Assembly (NCBI GenBank): GCA_964016885.1
Contig: OZ024740.1
Location: 377,456,001 to 377,520,000, forward strand
Source: Eledone cirrhosa
Taxonomy: Eukaryota
Length of the DNA stretch: 64,000 nucleotides
Direction: 5' to 3'
Part shown: positions 13,483 to 28,259 of the stretch, piece after piece
How the letters are laid out: each line of letters opens with the position of its first letter
Numbering within the stretch: position 1 is the first letter of the stretch
Notes under the pieces: model-generated
What the model was told of the DNA's origin: nothing
Seen by the model: the letters and a program-made list of their open reading frames with translations, nothing else
The model's database searches: none
Translations under genes and position numbers: made by a program

Positions 13483-13870
13483 AACATCACGGACGCTCTA
13501 TCTCAAAATTATTTTTGAAAAGCATTAGAAATGCGCCACCGGTCAAACTTAAAACCAAAACTGAATACTAACCAATACAATTACTAATTCTCACTTAATC
13601 CTAATTAAACTATTTTTCTCTGTGAACAATTTGTCAGCATTTTCTATTCCGTTTACCAATATATATATATATATATATATAAGGAATAGTATGATCCCGA
13701 CGGCAGAGCTCAAGCCGTTTCGACGGCTATTTCAGTCCAGGAATAGCCGTCGAAACGGCTTGAGCTCTGCCGTCGGGATCATACTTTTTCCTATTTCCCA
13801 CTCTACTACCCTAAGTATTGAGTACTCTGGTGCGTTATGGTCCATTTGGTTCCCTACCACAATTCCTTTG

Positions 13871-13916
<46 letters not shown>

Positions 13917-14452
13917 ATATATTGTTATACTTTGGGAGGGTCATGTTGCCAATAAGAAACACACGCACCAATTGCTTTCACTTCAATTTATTATAATAAA
14001 TTTATAAATTTAGGAATTTATAAGTTTCCGGTTGGTTGGTTCCACAACCAGATGGTTGTTTATATATTGTCAAAGTTCTTTCGTCACACATTCTGTGACC
14101 TCTTCAGTGACTCCTTTGTTCTGTCCTACGCCATCTTGTTTTTGTGTGTGACACACAAAAACAAGATGGCGTAGGACAGAACAAAGGAGAGGCACAAAAA
14201 ACAAAGAAAATAATCCCCAGTCACTGAAGAGGTCACAGAATGTGTGACGAAAGAACTTTGACAATATATAAACAACCATCTGGTTGTGGAACCAACCAAC
14301 CAACCGGAAATTTATAAATTTATTATAATAAATTGAAGTGAAAGCAACTGTTACGTGTGTTTCTTATTGGCAACATGACCCTCGCAAAGTATAACAATAT
14401 CGGTTTCAACACGTTTTCAGATAAAGAATCTTGCTAAACAAATTCAGAAACG

Positions 14453-14510
<58 letters not shown>

Positions 14511-14529
14511 TAGAATTGGTGCTCTGAAA

Positions 14530-14969
14530 TAGCGATATATATATATATATGAATGTATATATAGTGTATTTTGCAATACACTGTATGCTTAATTAAAACC
14601 ATTTTGAAGACCTTACGCTATTGTTTTAAAGTAGTAACTATGTCACTTCTTTTTTCCACAAACAAAGAGAGATAAGCTGTTTCATACTGTTAGTAATCCT
14701 CAGAGCTCAGCACTCCCCTTGTTTGTTGAAAATTATGAATGTTGGATTCTTATAGAATTCCAGTAATAATCAGGAACAGATTATACAGAGAAGTGTGCTA
14801 AGCTCTGAGGAATACCAACTGTATGAAACAGAGTTCTGTCAGCTTATCTCCCTTCGTTTGTTGAAAAAAGAAGTAAGTGACATAGTCACTACTTTAAAAC
14901 AATAGCGTAAGGTCTTCAAAATGCTTTTAATTAAGCATACAGTGTATTGCAAAATACACTATATATACA

Positions 14970-14985
<16 letters not shown>
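14530..14985. repeat. Inverted repeat of family D arms (~170-185 bp) with a ~75 bp spacer
   Basis: GAATGTATATATAGTGTATTTTGCAATACACTGTATGC... pairs with ...GCATACAGTGTATTGCAAAATACACTATATATACATTC. Confidence 0.85.
14799..14846 (+). ncRNA. Canonical minimal type I HHR, family D (homolog at 49712-49752 +; stem-III-deleted inverted copy at 14670-14712)
   Basis: TAAGCT-CTGAGGA-ATAC caact GTAT-GAAA-CAGA gt TCTG-TC-AGCTTA. The 49.7 kb copy keeps pairing with different bases (stem II ACA/TGT, triplet GTA). Confidence 0.88.
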
Positions 14986-15009
<24 letters not shown>

Positions 15010-15011
<2 letters not shown>

Positions 15012-15843
15012 TAGATTTAGCGAGAATCGCATTTCGGCGGGTAGAAAAGGCGAAACGAAAGGCAAAAATCAGAAATGATGCTGGCAAGCGCTCAATAGTT
15101 AAAAAACCAGAGCTAAACAATATGAATAAAAATAGACAAGGGGTAAAATGTCCTCTTCAGTAGTCTACTGATTATCGTTGGTATTTCGACGCATTAAAGA
15201 CTAGATACCTCAAATCACTGCGAGCGATAACTCAATTAAGTTATCGGGACAGTAGGAAAAACAGAGGGAAGGAAACAAACACATGGTGGTATGCAACGTA
15301 AAGAGAGGAAAATAGAGACAAGTCAATGAATCCTGTGGGCTTAAGCCCGACAAATCAAATTGACGAGGAGAAATAGACACGTCCGAGCCGCGAGAAGATT
15401 GAGAGGAAAGAAATTCAAGCAGGTCAGATGGGAGGAAGTGATAGGGGGAGAAGCAGAGAGGGAGTAAGTGAAAGTGGGAGAAAGGGGCCAACCGAGAGTG
15501 AGTGACCAGCAGCGGGAGTTGAGGAAGGCAAGAGGTGAAGGAGAGAGAAAAGGTGATAGCAGTAAAGGGACAGAAAAAATACGAACCACAGCGAAGGGAA
15601 AAAATATGTGAATGAAGAATGGCGTGCTGCGTTGTTGCGAACATGAACATATGAATAAAAATAGACAAGGGGTAAAATGTCCTCTTCAGTAGTCTGCTGA
15701 TTATCGTTGGTATTTCGACGCATTAAAGACTAGATACCTAAAATCAGTGGGAGCGATAACTCAATTAAGTTATCGGGACAGTAGGAAAAACAGAGGGAAG
15801 GAAACAAACACATGGTGGTATGCAACGTAAAGAGAGGAAAATA
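15010..15843. mobile_element. Non-coding partial-tandem element: ~195 bp direct repeats (15120-15313 and 15650-15843), period ~530 bp, TA-flanked
   Basis: Direct repeat of ATATGAATAAAAATAGACAAGGGG...GCAACGTAAAGAGAGGAAAATA around a purine-rich core. Confidence 0.75.
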
Positions 15844-15885
15844 TATATATATTCACATATATATAAATATATATATACATGTGTG

Positions 15886-15959
<74 letters not shown>

Positions 15960-16148
15960 TATATAGTAATACCAAAGTATCGTCTTCCTGTCTTCCTCCG
16001 GTTGCAACGTTTTTTGAAATATCCACTTCTGCGTTTACAGATTGACTTTGTTAGTTTCAGAAGATCCCGTTAAGGGTGAAAGCAGCGATTCTTTGCTTAA
16101 ACTTTAATCTGTTATTTTAATAAATATATATATTTATATATATATATG

Positions 16149-16228
<80 letters not shown>

Positions 16229-16271
16229 AATATATATATGTGAATATATATATGTGAATATATATATGTGA

Positions 16272-16303
<32 letters not shown>

Positions 16304-16381
16304 GTGAATATATATATGTATATATATATATGTGTGTGAATATATATATGTGAATATATATATGTGAATATATATATGTGA

Positions 16382-16413
<32 letters not shown>

Positions 16414-16453
16414 GTGAATATATATATGTATATATATATATATATATATATGA

Positions 16454-16496
<43 letters not shown>

Positions 16497-16859
16497 TGAG
16501 ATTCTACAGGACTAGAACTGTTTCATTCTTTAGAAATTATCTGGAATCTCTTCTTATATATATATATGTGTGTGTGAATATATATATATGTATATATACA
16601 TATATATATATGTGTCTGTGTGTGTGCGTGTGTGTGTGTATGTTTACGTTTGACTTTATGTTTAAGCAAATTACGTAATTATAGAACATTTCCTTTAATT
16701 GTCCACTTTAAACACCGATCTATCGAACGAGCTATTATAGTATTTTATTTTTAATATCAAGTTATTCAGACTGAATAATTTGCTTGCTCTGTGACATACG
16801 ACAAAGTTACTTATTTCACCGCTCTGGAGGTAGCGTGGTTATTTACTACTGCAAAGTTT

Positions 16860-17330
16860 TTACAGAACAATGTTTACGTAGTAATATCTCCTTGCTTGAT
16901 ATCACGGTCTATAGAAATCGGTTCTGACAGAATATCATTAAAATCGGAATAGGCTTTCATATCCGGCGAGGACCTAGCATTTCCAGAAATTCTCTCCAAT
17001 GTATTTCTGATGATCGTGTCAAAAGCTTTCATTAGTTCAACAGAGTTTAATATACAGAGAGATATTGATCTATGCACTAATCCTGCAAGTACCTGACACT
17101 ATTGAACATATATGTAATTCCTCTACCAGATTTCAATCCACATTGGGTGTTTTTGAATAGTTGAAATTACTCTTCTACGATGCAATGCTATACAAATACG
17201 TATCTTTAAGAAAAGAGCAATCAACACATAATGTGGAAGTTGAGAATATCCATACTGATAATTTGACTTATGTTTTGCATCACCAAATGGTTGTGAGGCC
17301 GTAAAGCCGACCAGAGACTTAAAAGACAAT
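16860..17330 (-). pseudogene. Highly decayed LINE (RTE-like) RT fragment
   Basis: KAFDTI and IKQGD remnants in broken frames. Confidence 0.45.
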
Positions 17331-17836
17331 GTTTCAGTGTATATTCGTGAGTGGTTGTTTGATTGCGCATGAACTGCTTTACAGAAGCAAGCATACTAAT
17401 TTTTTTTTGTTTTTTTGCGTGTATTATGTATGCATGAATTGTGTGCCTTTAGTATGTGTGTGTTGTTTTTGTTCATTTCCATATTATATACGAGTAAATT
17501 TAGATACACCTGGAAAGGTATATATGAGTGTTGGTGTGTGTATTTCTGTGCATTGCTCAGGTACGTGTCAAATGCTGTTTTGTAGTATTCTTCTGACGTA
17601 GTCGTCAGAAATAGTCTCTGGTTATGGTTGTGTTAGTGTACGTGTTTGTGTTTATACGTACATATGTTTGTCTATCCAGGTTTGAAATAATGAATGAGAA
17701 TGGGACAGCTGTTACTTCATGTCCTACATAAATATAAAATCATTTAATGTTTTGTATGTTGTTTGTTCAAGCGTTCCAGTTATTACACTGATTAACATAC
17801 CTTTTTCTAGCTTGCTACTGTTTAACAGCCGGTCTT

Positions 17837-17929
<93 letters not shown>

Positions 17930-20579
17930 CACACACACATATATACACACACACATACATATACACACACATATTTATTTTAAATTCATGTACGATGATA
18001 ATCTTAATGCATTTACAAACACGAAGGAAGTAGACATAATCATCAAATACAAACGCCTGCGCGCACACATATACATATATACATACATGCATATATACAC
18101 ATATACATATATACATACATGAATATATACATACATGCATATATATGCCCATTTTTCTATCTCACCAACCATAATTAATTGCTTATCTATTCTCGTCGGG
18201 CCCGTGAGTTTTTCCCATTTTATAGAATTTCTTATTTCTATTCCGGTGCATTGATGTATAGATCTTCATAACTTTGTTTCATTGTAAAACGATTTCTTTC
18301 CATAGTTAAAGTTGTTTCAAGAGGGAACATTCAAATACATATATTAAGGTAGGTAGGATCAAGCAGATAATATTATAGATAATATTGCTGGTGGGGTTGG
18401 GGTCGTTGGTAGTGGTGGTGATGGGGGGGGGGGGGATGATGATGATAATAATGATGATGATGATGATTATGATGATTTTGCTGTTCAATGGCAACTGATC
18501 CAGCCCACGGCGCCTGTAAGTAGTTGTTGGAACCACTTAAAGTAATCCATAAATCTATTAATCACTATATGCCTTGCCTCAACGATGTGAAGAACCAGGC
18601 TGTGCATACTGACGTACAATGGTTTATGTGTGGAAATCCGTCGTGTTGATTTACTTTCACTATGCTGAAGCCATCGTGTAACCTGTGCTCAATGTTATGC
18701 AATACCACACTTACGTACGACATTTCATTGCACAGGTGGTGGCTAATGAGGAAAATGCGTAGTTGACTATGTTCATTCACTCCATATATTTCGATCCCTT
18801 TCGTGTGCAACTTTGCAGACTTGTCAACTCTCCGCGTCCAACGGGGAGATCTCCCACCCACTTTGGGTGGTTGAGAGATGTCTTCTCTGGTGAAAATGGG
18901 TATAGCTTTCATTATGTAAAATCTCCCCATTTCGCCTCATTTCTCCAGGATTTTGGCCATTTTTCTTCATGGTACTCCCCATTTGTGCTTTTAGAGATTG
19001 GCAGGTCTGACTTTGCTATTTATTAGTACTGTAGCGCTACGCGTTCCTTTTTTATTATATATTTGTTTACTTAACAGTGCGATAATTCTCTTCCTCTTTC
19101 TCTCATAGACATACATATTCTCTCTCACCCTCTTCTTTTTACTCAAGTCAATATTTCATTTCCTCCGGCGTTGCCATTTGCACAACTTGTCGGCACTGCA
19201 TCCTGTCTTGTTTCCAGTAGTAAGACTGTTTATTGTTATTTTTTGTACATAATCACCCTGCTTCCCTAGTCGAAAATTACTTACTTGTTTTTCCATGTAT
19301 CTATGTTGTATTGTCTCATATGCATCTTTCCGGTGGCATATTCTAAGCCGTCATGCAACCTGAGCTCAGTATTATGCAATACCACTCTTATGCAGCAAAT
19401 TCCATTGCCCAGGAGGTGGGTGATTGGGGAAGCTAGAAGCTTTAATTTATTCGTCCCACGTCTTTTTCCGTGTTCAACTATATAAGGGAAGAGTGCCTTT
19501 TTTTTAGAAATCCTGACGCGCTATCTGCCGCTGTTAAAGAGATTATGTTAAGTAGAATTGTGTTCTCGAATTTCAAATTACAGTTTTCCGTTTATCTAAG
19601 TGGTCATGGAATAAGTAGCGATTTGTCATATCCATTCGGTTAAATTTGTAAATACTCTTGCAATGAGACATCATCGGAGATTTTAGGCCTGAGCTTGTAG
19701 CGACACGAAGCGTTTTATATGTTATTCATAAGTAATAAATGAATGTTACTTTGATATGAGTAGCAATTGTGTTTTTGAACTGATGAAAAAGACCAAATTA
19801 ATTTATCATAATTGAAGGGATTTTTGTGTGGGCCAATGTGTGTGGGTGATATTTTGGCGTGATTCGGCTGCTAATTTTAGCAGGTCATGCGTCACCATAT
19901 CCAATGAAGGAAATGTAAGATATGCTTACTGTCTCTTTTGTTGATTTGATTGCATTGGAGTGCGTGTGTTGATTGAGTTGAGGTGACTGCTAGAAAGCCA
20001 TAAGTGATAAAAATGTAACAAAAATGTGATTGAGTATGGGTAGTAGAGAAACTTCTCAGCATACGCTGCAATAAAGCAGCCTGACAGAAACTGCTTACCC
20101 AAGACTTAAAAAACGGGTGTATCCTATAGACGTATAATATAGCTAAGATATTTTCATGCCAGATACAGTAGACGTCGTTGTTGATATCGAGTGGAATAAC
20201 ATTGATCTCGCTTGTATCATCAAGAACGAGATACTGCGGTTGAGTGACAGAGAAAAACAAGCTCCTGGAAGAATTGACTCTACAAATGCCGTACTGCGGA
20301 TAGAGTAAAACTCGCGTAATAGAGGAGTGAGTGTGTTTGAATCAATTAGATAAGCTAGATGTCCTCAAGCGATGGTCAAACAACTTCTGGTGGCCGGAAC
20401 AATTCAGCGAGCAATAGAAACGAAAGATGAATTTTCATCAATGATGAAGACATACTTTTGAGTCACAATATCTGGAGATTTTTGTTGCTGATATCTAGGT
20501 GAGTGGGACGTGGTAGTGAGAGGAGTGAATGTTACCTACTTTTGCAATGTAGAGTAGAATGTTATAATAATTTAAATTA

Positions 20580-20615
<36 letters not shown>

Positions 20616-23599
20616 TAATGTAAACTATGTTTCTCAGTGAAAAAGGTCAATGGATATTTGTCCAGAGCATCAGTAATTCAATTTTTTTTAAATATATGCA
20701 TATAGTCATATATCATTAGAGAAACTTGTTGTATTCTATACATATATATAAAAACCATAATATTTTGGAAACACCGTATGTTACAGCGCCGTTTCATCGC
20801 TCCTAGAATCGGATTGAAAATCGATCCAAGTAATCGATTATCAATTACCAAATATCGGTTTTGGTACAGCTCTGGGAGACATGTAACCATCGTCAGAAGA
20901 AATTGTTTTGTTATAAGATCAATAAAATACAAAATACCTTTGTTCAGAGAAATAGTCAATCCAGGCTGCATGGGGTGAATTTATATTTAACAGTGATGGC
21001 AAATATAAATAGGATTAGACGGCATGTCCGCTAGAAATAGGTGCGATGTACTAGTCACAGCACAAGCAGTTCAACAAATTAAGAATTTGGAGCAGATATA
21101 TACTAATTTATGATACTTTAAATTAGTATTTATTTTTACTAACAAGTATTATCTGTGTTGCATATTATCTATGTATGCAAATCGTACAATTATCTTTAAC
21201 AAGCGTGTAGTAGCCATGTAACATTCTTTGGAAGCCAAATACTGCTTATTGGCTATATAAAACAAATTCGAAAAGAACCGGTGTTAGTTAATTATCAGTC
21301 GTCAAAATGATTTATGTACAAAATGCATGCTTTCTAAAAATAATCCATCTTTGTTTCGCTTGTATTACTTGTTTCCGCTGCTGTTAACTTAGCAAATATA
21401 TTTTGTTTTACGAGATCGATTAATTCCTTTCTGTCAATAGTTGGATCTATTTTCCAATTTTTCTTCTTAGCAACAATAACATTACAATTCTTATTGTCCA
21501 TTTATAAAATCTGTTCAGTTTGATCTATGTGTCTTCTTTATTTTCACTCTATTCGTGTATAATTTCTTTTTGCCTATATTTTGACGACTGAATTATTCCG
21601 TCTATTGTGTTGTTGCAGTTGTTGCTATGATTTTTCTTTCCTTTCTCACTTGCACTAGAATTATTTATACGCACCATTTTGTCGATTATCCCAAGTTTTG
21701 TGCTGAGTGACTCAGTGAAATAAACTAAACAAAATGCTTATCTCCCCTCTCTTCTCTTAAATATGTTAGAACTAATACTTAAATATCGTTGCGGTATGAT
21801 AACAGTGAAGATATCTTTCTTCGCTCTGGCAATAATGTTTTAGAGTAAGATATACGGCTGGCTTCTGAGAAAGCATACGAATTAATAGATAACAAATAAC
21901 AGGTTGTTTTAATACCACGAAAAGAGCAGCATCGCAATTAGGAATGTTCTCTCTTGTTAAGGTGAATAATAGCAGTGGTTTGAAATATATTCAATTTCAT
22001 CATATATTCTTTAAATGTTTTTTAAAGCAAAATATCGATTGATACTTTTGTATGTCTCACGTAGGTATTAATTTTTATGAACTCCTTCTTTGCCATTTTA
22101 TATATGAAAAAGAAGCTCGAAATAAGGAAATTTGATTTAAAGAAATAGCAAAAACTATTCTTATTTATTCAAACATGATGGATCGTTGATAAATAATAAT
22201 TGTTATATTTGCATTCTAACCTAGTATTTGAACAGCGTAGAGATTGGTTTCGTCGCTTATTTGAAAACTTTTCTAAACAAAAAGGAGTTTTTATTTCAAC
22301 ATCTCACAAATGTTATATTCAATTACTCATAAAATTCCGTTTTAACGGAAATAACCCAATAAAAAATATTAACAATGAATATATCATGTTATATCTGAAA
22401 GTTTCTTCCAACTATTTGTATCTACTCGCATTCATATTTGTATATATTTTAGATTATTTCTGAAATTTTCTTTACAATAAAATATGAACCCAGCATTTTC
22501 TTTATAACTTCCCAGTCAACAAATTGAATGGTCAAAATTAATATTTCATTGCGATAATAAATGTTAAATGTGTCAGCAAATAAAAACGGCCTATTCATTT
22601 AATTTCTATTAATTGTTATTTTTAATAATTTTGGTATGGTTTGTAAATTGAGATAGTGATAAAATAAGATAGAAAACTTGCAAATATTCCTTTTGGGGTT
22701 ATTGGTTTCGTATATAATAAAATTCTATAAATATTAAAATGTGAAGCCTTATACAGAATACAGAATTCTTCTTTTTTATATTTAAGTGACACACAATTAA
22801 ATTTCTTTGAATTTCTACTTGTTTTTTTAGTCAATTAACTAGATCTTTGTTAGTTAAAAAGTTTTAGAAAGCTTCATTTTTACCCTTATTTTCATAACAT
22901 TTAGTCTTACTACTGAAATTTGTTCATGTTTTCTTGAATGTCGTCTTAGCTCGTAATTAAGCAATGTTTATTTCCAAAGTAAAACCACGTTATTAGTTCA
23001 AAATCTTATCAGAATTGACTTTGTCTTTTCCCTATCAGAAGTCGATAAAATAAGCAACAATAATATAGTGGAGCTGAATCAAATGACTATAACTCCGCTA
23101 TCAAAGTTAATCCTCTACGTCGTTTAAGTAAATCAATAGTTAATTTACTCTGAAATTTACTTCAGAAGGGCTGAATCAGTAGAACGACCAATAATACAAC
23201 CAACAACATTTAACCTTGTGGAACAAGGCTCCAGATTCAACTCCTGACAAGGTCAACTTCACTGTTTATAACTTAAGTAATGAGAGAATAAGTACCAGTA
23301 GCATTCTAAAATTGATTTGATTGGTTATATAATATTCCCTTGTACTAAATCAAAAGTAATCAACATTGGTTTCATTTTGACAAGAGGCAAATATTTTTCT
23401 TAAAAACGTGACGGATATGCAGCCTGAAAGAATTCGACTAAATTTAGCTAGGTGGCGAATTGGCAGAGTCGTTAGAGTGTTGGTTAGAATATTTTGCAGT
23501 GTGTGTGTGTGTGTAGGTGTGTGTGGGGGGGGTCTGTGTGTGTGTGTGTGTTTGTTTGTTTGTTTGTTTGTTTGTTTGTTTGTTTGTAGTGTGTGGACA

Positions 23600-23760
23600 C
23601 AGCATGGCTGAATGATCAAGAGGTTTGCTTTGCAAACATTATATCCCAAATTTGATCCCACTGCGTGGCGTCTTGGGTAAGTGCCGTTTACCAATGTCGA
23701 GGGTCAAATCATGTCTAGTGCGTAAAATTATTTAGGCAGAAACTGTTTGGAAGCCCGTTT
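23600..23760 (+). mobile_element. Decayed tRNA-derived CORE-type SINE
   Basis: GCATGGCTGAATG...CCCACTGCGTGGCGTCTTGGGTAAGTG...GAAACTG..GAAGCCCGT resembles an abundant octopus SINE as I recall it. Confidence 0.55.
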
Positions 23761-23927
23761 GATTAACTGTATTTGTAATTCAAATGACCAGTCTTGTCGC
23801 GCTGTGTGATGCTGCTACTTCTTGAGAATTGCGTATCAGTGGAATATGATCCTCCACTTACACTTTAATTGTCCAAGAGCTAGAGCCATGCTGAATAACT
23901 AGGCACATGTGTGTATTGTCTGGGTGA

Positions 23928-24190
23928 TCGGTAGTTACCACAATTCCGGTTTGTATTTATTTTCTTGATTTTTTTCTTAAATTGAGACAAGCAAACCCAA
24001 TTGTCTATAGTTAGTATTCTTTTCACCTTAGCGAATCTGGTCCCTTACGATTTGAACTCATATATGTATATATCTGTGTTCGTTTTTCTTTTATATTCAA
24101 TTATAATATACGGCTAAGAAATATCTCTTTCTTAGAGCTATTTTGTTGTAAGAGACTATTTTGAGTTCTTAACTCAATATATACCTTTGA
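23928..24190 (+). mobile_element. Short element family N (second copy at 48818-49072); begins at a possible HHR stem III/cleavage site and ends in (TA)n
   Basis: GGTAGTTACCACAATTCCGG...CTCAATATATACC is shared between the two loci. Confidence 0.75.
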
Positions 24191-24377
24191 TGTATGTATA
24201 TATATATATATATATATGCATATAACCAAGATGATATTTACCAAAAAGAAGAACAAGTCATCATCATTGTCTACCAGGATTGCAGGTGTTATATCAGAAT
24301 TCTGCCTTGACAAAGGCTAAGGGGTCATCTCTCCCGGTGATTTTGGATGACCATTGACTCATAAGAGCTCCTTAATG

Positions 24378-24477
<100 letters not shown>

Positions 24478-24495
24478 CAAGCATATATATATACA

Positions 24496-24530
<35 letters not shown>

Positions 24531-24559
24531 GCATATATATATATATATACATGTATATG

Positions 24560-24595
<36 letters not shown>

Positions 24596-24861
24596 CATGT
24601 ATATATATATTTATGTATATATATATGCATGTATATATATATATGTATATACATGTATGTATATCAAATTTTTCTCTTTTTCTTTCACTATCCAAATGGA
24701 ACCTGAACCGTTAAGGTCTGGTTTATCGGATATGTCACTCTTTATAAAACAAATTTTGTATCTTATCTGATGAGAGCGTACCAAATGTTTTGGGGGACCC
24801 TTGAAATATATATAATAAAATAAATATCGTTTTATAAATATAGTTTCCATTTATTAATATC

Positions 24862-24902
<41 letters not shown>

Positions 24903-24944
24903 AACATAAACATATATACGTACATATATACAAACACATATATG

Positions 24945-25200
24945 TGGAGGCGCATGACCTAGTGGTAAGGGTATTGGACTTACTAGCATAATGGGTTCGA
25001 TTCCTTGGCTGGATTGTGTGTTGTGTTCTTGAGCAAAACACTTCATTTCACGTTGCTCCAGTAAACTGTAGTATCAGCAATAACTGGAGGTTTAACCCTG
25101 CAATGGACTGGCGTCTTATGCTCTCGGTCTCTTCACGCCACGGAAAACGGGATAAGCACCGGCCTGGTGAGGCTTCGGACTTTAGACTTTAAACTTTAGA
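24945..25200 (+). mobile_element. tRNA-derived SINE with a Meta-like central domain
   Basis: A box (TGACCTAGTGG), B box (GGTTCGATTCC), CCCTGCAATGGACTGGCGTC...GAAAACGGGATAAGCACCGGCC, and an ACTTTA-repeat tail. Confidence 0.75.
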
Positions 25201-25408
25201 TATAAATATATACACATATATAGATATATTATGCAAGTAATATAACAGAAGATGAAGTAATGAAGAGAGGAATTAATATATAGTTGTGTATTTCATTTTG
25301 GTTGTCAGATAATGTAAATATCCTTTGATGAATAAAAAGACGTAAATTTGACATGTTTACAAGTCTAAATACTCACTGAATATATACAGATATGTATTTG
25401 TCATATAA

Positions 25409-25502
<94 letters not shown>

Positions 25503-28259
25503 ACTAGTCATGTAACTAAGTCATGTATTTACTCTATCTAGAGTAAATATATCAATATCAAAATGAGGAAGAGATACAGAGGGGCAGGAATTGTCATTCA
25601 GAAGGTCGCAGAATATGCCAGGAAAGAGTTTTGACAATTAGATAAACATCTGTTTAAGAAACTAACCAAAGAATGGATTGGTTAGCTGACTAATAATAAG
25701 ACCGAAGTGAAACTCAACTTGTGTGTACTGGTATATATATATGGCAGCATAATCTTCACAATGTGTTACATATATATATGAGAGGAATAGAGAGAGAAAG
25801 AGACAGACAGACAGAGACAGAGGGGGGGACTCCAAATCTCAAAGTAAGTGGGGCTTCACAACTGGGATTGGGAATACACACATAATTTCAGACTAATCAA
25901 AGCCATCAAATAAAAAACAAGTGCAAGGGACAGGATAAGATATATCATACGGAAATGCTAACTAATTAAAGATAACAACATATAATATACTAATTATATG
26001 AATAGCCGTATTCAATAATCGTTTTTAGGTAGAACCCATTGGATTGCCATAATGCTGGGGCGATATTTTCAAGAATTATAGTCGATCATATCGTCCCTAG
26101 AATTTATCTTTATCAAGAATGTATTTTATTGATCTCCATTAATCTCACCACTAAATTATAAGACATAAAGTATACTGTAAATAATTGAATCTTGTATAAA
26201 GACAGATACATACACAAATTGTGTATATGGGTGTGTGCATACATACGTACATAATATATCTGGGTGTGTGCGTGGCATAATAATCAACAACTTGTGTAGT
26301 TGCTCAATAATCGATAGTTGAGCTATTTGCATTTTGGTTACCGTCTCGTTTCCTCCTTAAACAGATTAATTTATATGAGATAATATATCTCCTAATCTGA
26401 TCAGTATTCATTGAGCCTTGATATGAAAAAGTCCCGATGAATTTTTAACAAATTAGAATATATGTATATATTATCTCATATAGATTGATCTCAAATAGGA
26501 AACTAAACGATAATCAATATAATGTTATGCAATATCAATATCTTATATATGAATGCATGAGTGTTTGTTTGTATGCGTTTTTGTGTGCGTGTATGTTTAT
26601 TTGTATGTGTGCGTGTGTTTAATATATCACAAGTTTAATAGTGGATCTGTATTAGTGTTTATAAATTTGGTCGATCAAGAATAATTACAAGAAGGATTTT
26701 TAAAAACGTTTATCAATTGAATTTACTAATGAGTTATAAGTTTTATGAAATAGATAATCAAAGACAATTTTTTGAAAATTGATATGCCAAATGGAAATGT
26801 ATATATCAAATTATCATAGATTATTATCGAAATAAAAAAACGAAACCAATTTCATGTTGATTGATTTGAGTTATTCAAATATGTTAGAAAGCGAGTCTCA
26901 CTTTCTTTCTATATTTCTTCGAATTCTGAAACATGAAAGTAATACATCTGAAATCAGCTATATTTGTATGATATGATCAGTTAAACTTCCAAGAAAATGC
27001 AACTCATGCTTCACGTGTAACTAACGTCATGATTATGAAGAATATATATAAAATAGATAGAATGAATTCCGCAATACTTTTATTTTTAACATTTACATGC
27101 AGCATTCTTCGCTCCAATAATATTTAATAAGTTACAGATCTAAAGAATCGGTTTTCGTTACATTTTCATCAAATGATTATTAAAGTAATCCTTGATGCTC
27201 TTCGTTCGATAAAATTATTTGCACTATACTTCCTACCAGAATAATTCGAATCTTGATTTGTTAAGGAGGTAAAGTTATGCATTATTGTGGAGACATATAT
27301 TTAAGGACAAGTATGCGATACTAATATCCAATATGATGAAAGAAATAAACCACTCACTCATCCCGCTTCCACTTTCATAACTACCATAGTGTATCAAATT
27401 GTTTGGCGTTATATATATGTATGCAGATTTTACACGCATTTGATGTATGAGTACATGCCTGTTTGTCTGTGTATGTCTATATGTTTATGTGTGTATGTAT
27501 CTGTATCTTTATGTGTGTTTGTGTGGTATGTGTGAATGTATGTGATTATATGTATGTACGTGAGTATGTAGATTGTCATTAATGTCGAAAATTTTCAAAT
27601 ATTTCAATGAAGCACGAACCATTAAACCATCCAATGGAATCCACTCAATCATATATGACACTAGAGAAAAGCAATAAAGACTTTTAACATTTATGGCTTT
27701 GATAAAAGTTAATAGAATAAAAATGATAGCGTAAGATATCTCTTTGGATCAATGTTCTTACCATGCATTTGCATTTACATTCAGCACACATTTACATTCA
27801 CATGCTAACAGCGTGAATGACAGCTTCGTAACCACCTTCATGTGTGGTAATCTCTGTCTGTAATTTTAGTTTGACGCTTCAAAACACAAATCGTGACGCC
27901 AGTTTTCTGAGAGTTTTGCCTACGGAGATGATTCTTTATCCCCAATACTTTTACGTATTTGTGTCACCGTCATTTCATTGTGTTACCGTCCTTTCTTTTG
28001 AGTGTAAAATTTCGAATTCTGAGATGTAGAGTTGAGAATGTATTTTCATGTCATCTAGTCTGTTTGGCACCGATGTTTGATCATCTTCTTGTCGTATGAC
28101 ATATGCGGAATAGCTAGAGAGGCAGGTCGAGCCCGGCGAGTCAGACCAAGGTGTTATTTGCAACATTATGAATAGCCTCCAGGCCACCGAGAAAACGTCT
28201 AAGGGGGTAATCCCGAACAACATACAGTACTGTCTGGTCAGAGTCCCCACAGTCACATA

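Noticed and set aside
18540-21000. GC-richer patches with 90-120 aa ORFs, possibly host exons or transposase
   Set aside because: No recognisable motifs or consistent splice pattern; probably old transposon debris, but unassignable by eye.
24945-25015. tRNA gene
   Set aside because: A and B boxes are present but there is no full cloverleaf, and the sequence continues into a SINE body.
27570-27720. Similarity to 40345-40495
   Set aside because: An old, diverged dispersed repeat with no diagnostic structure.
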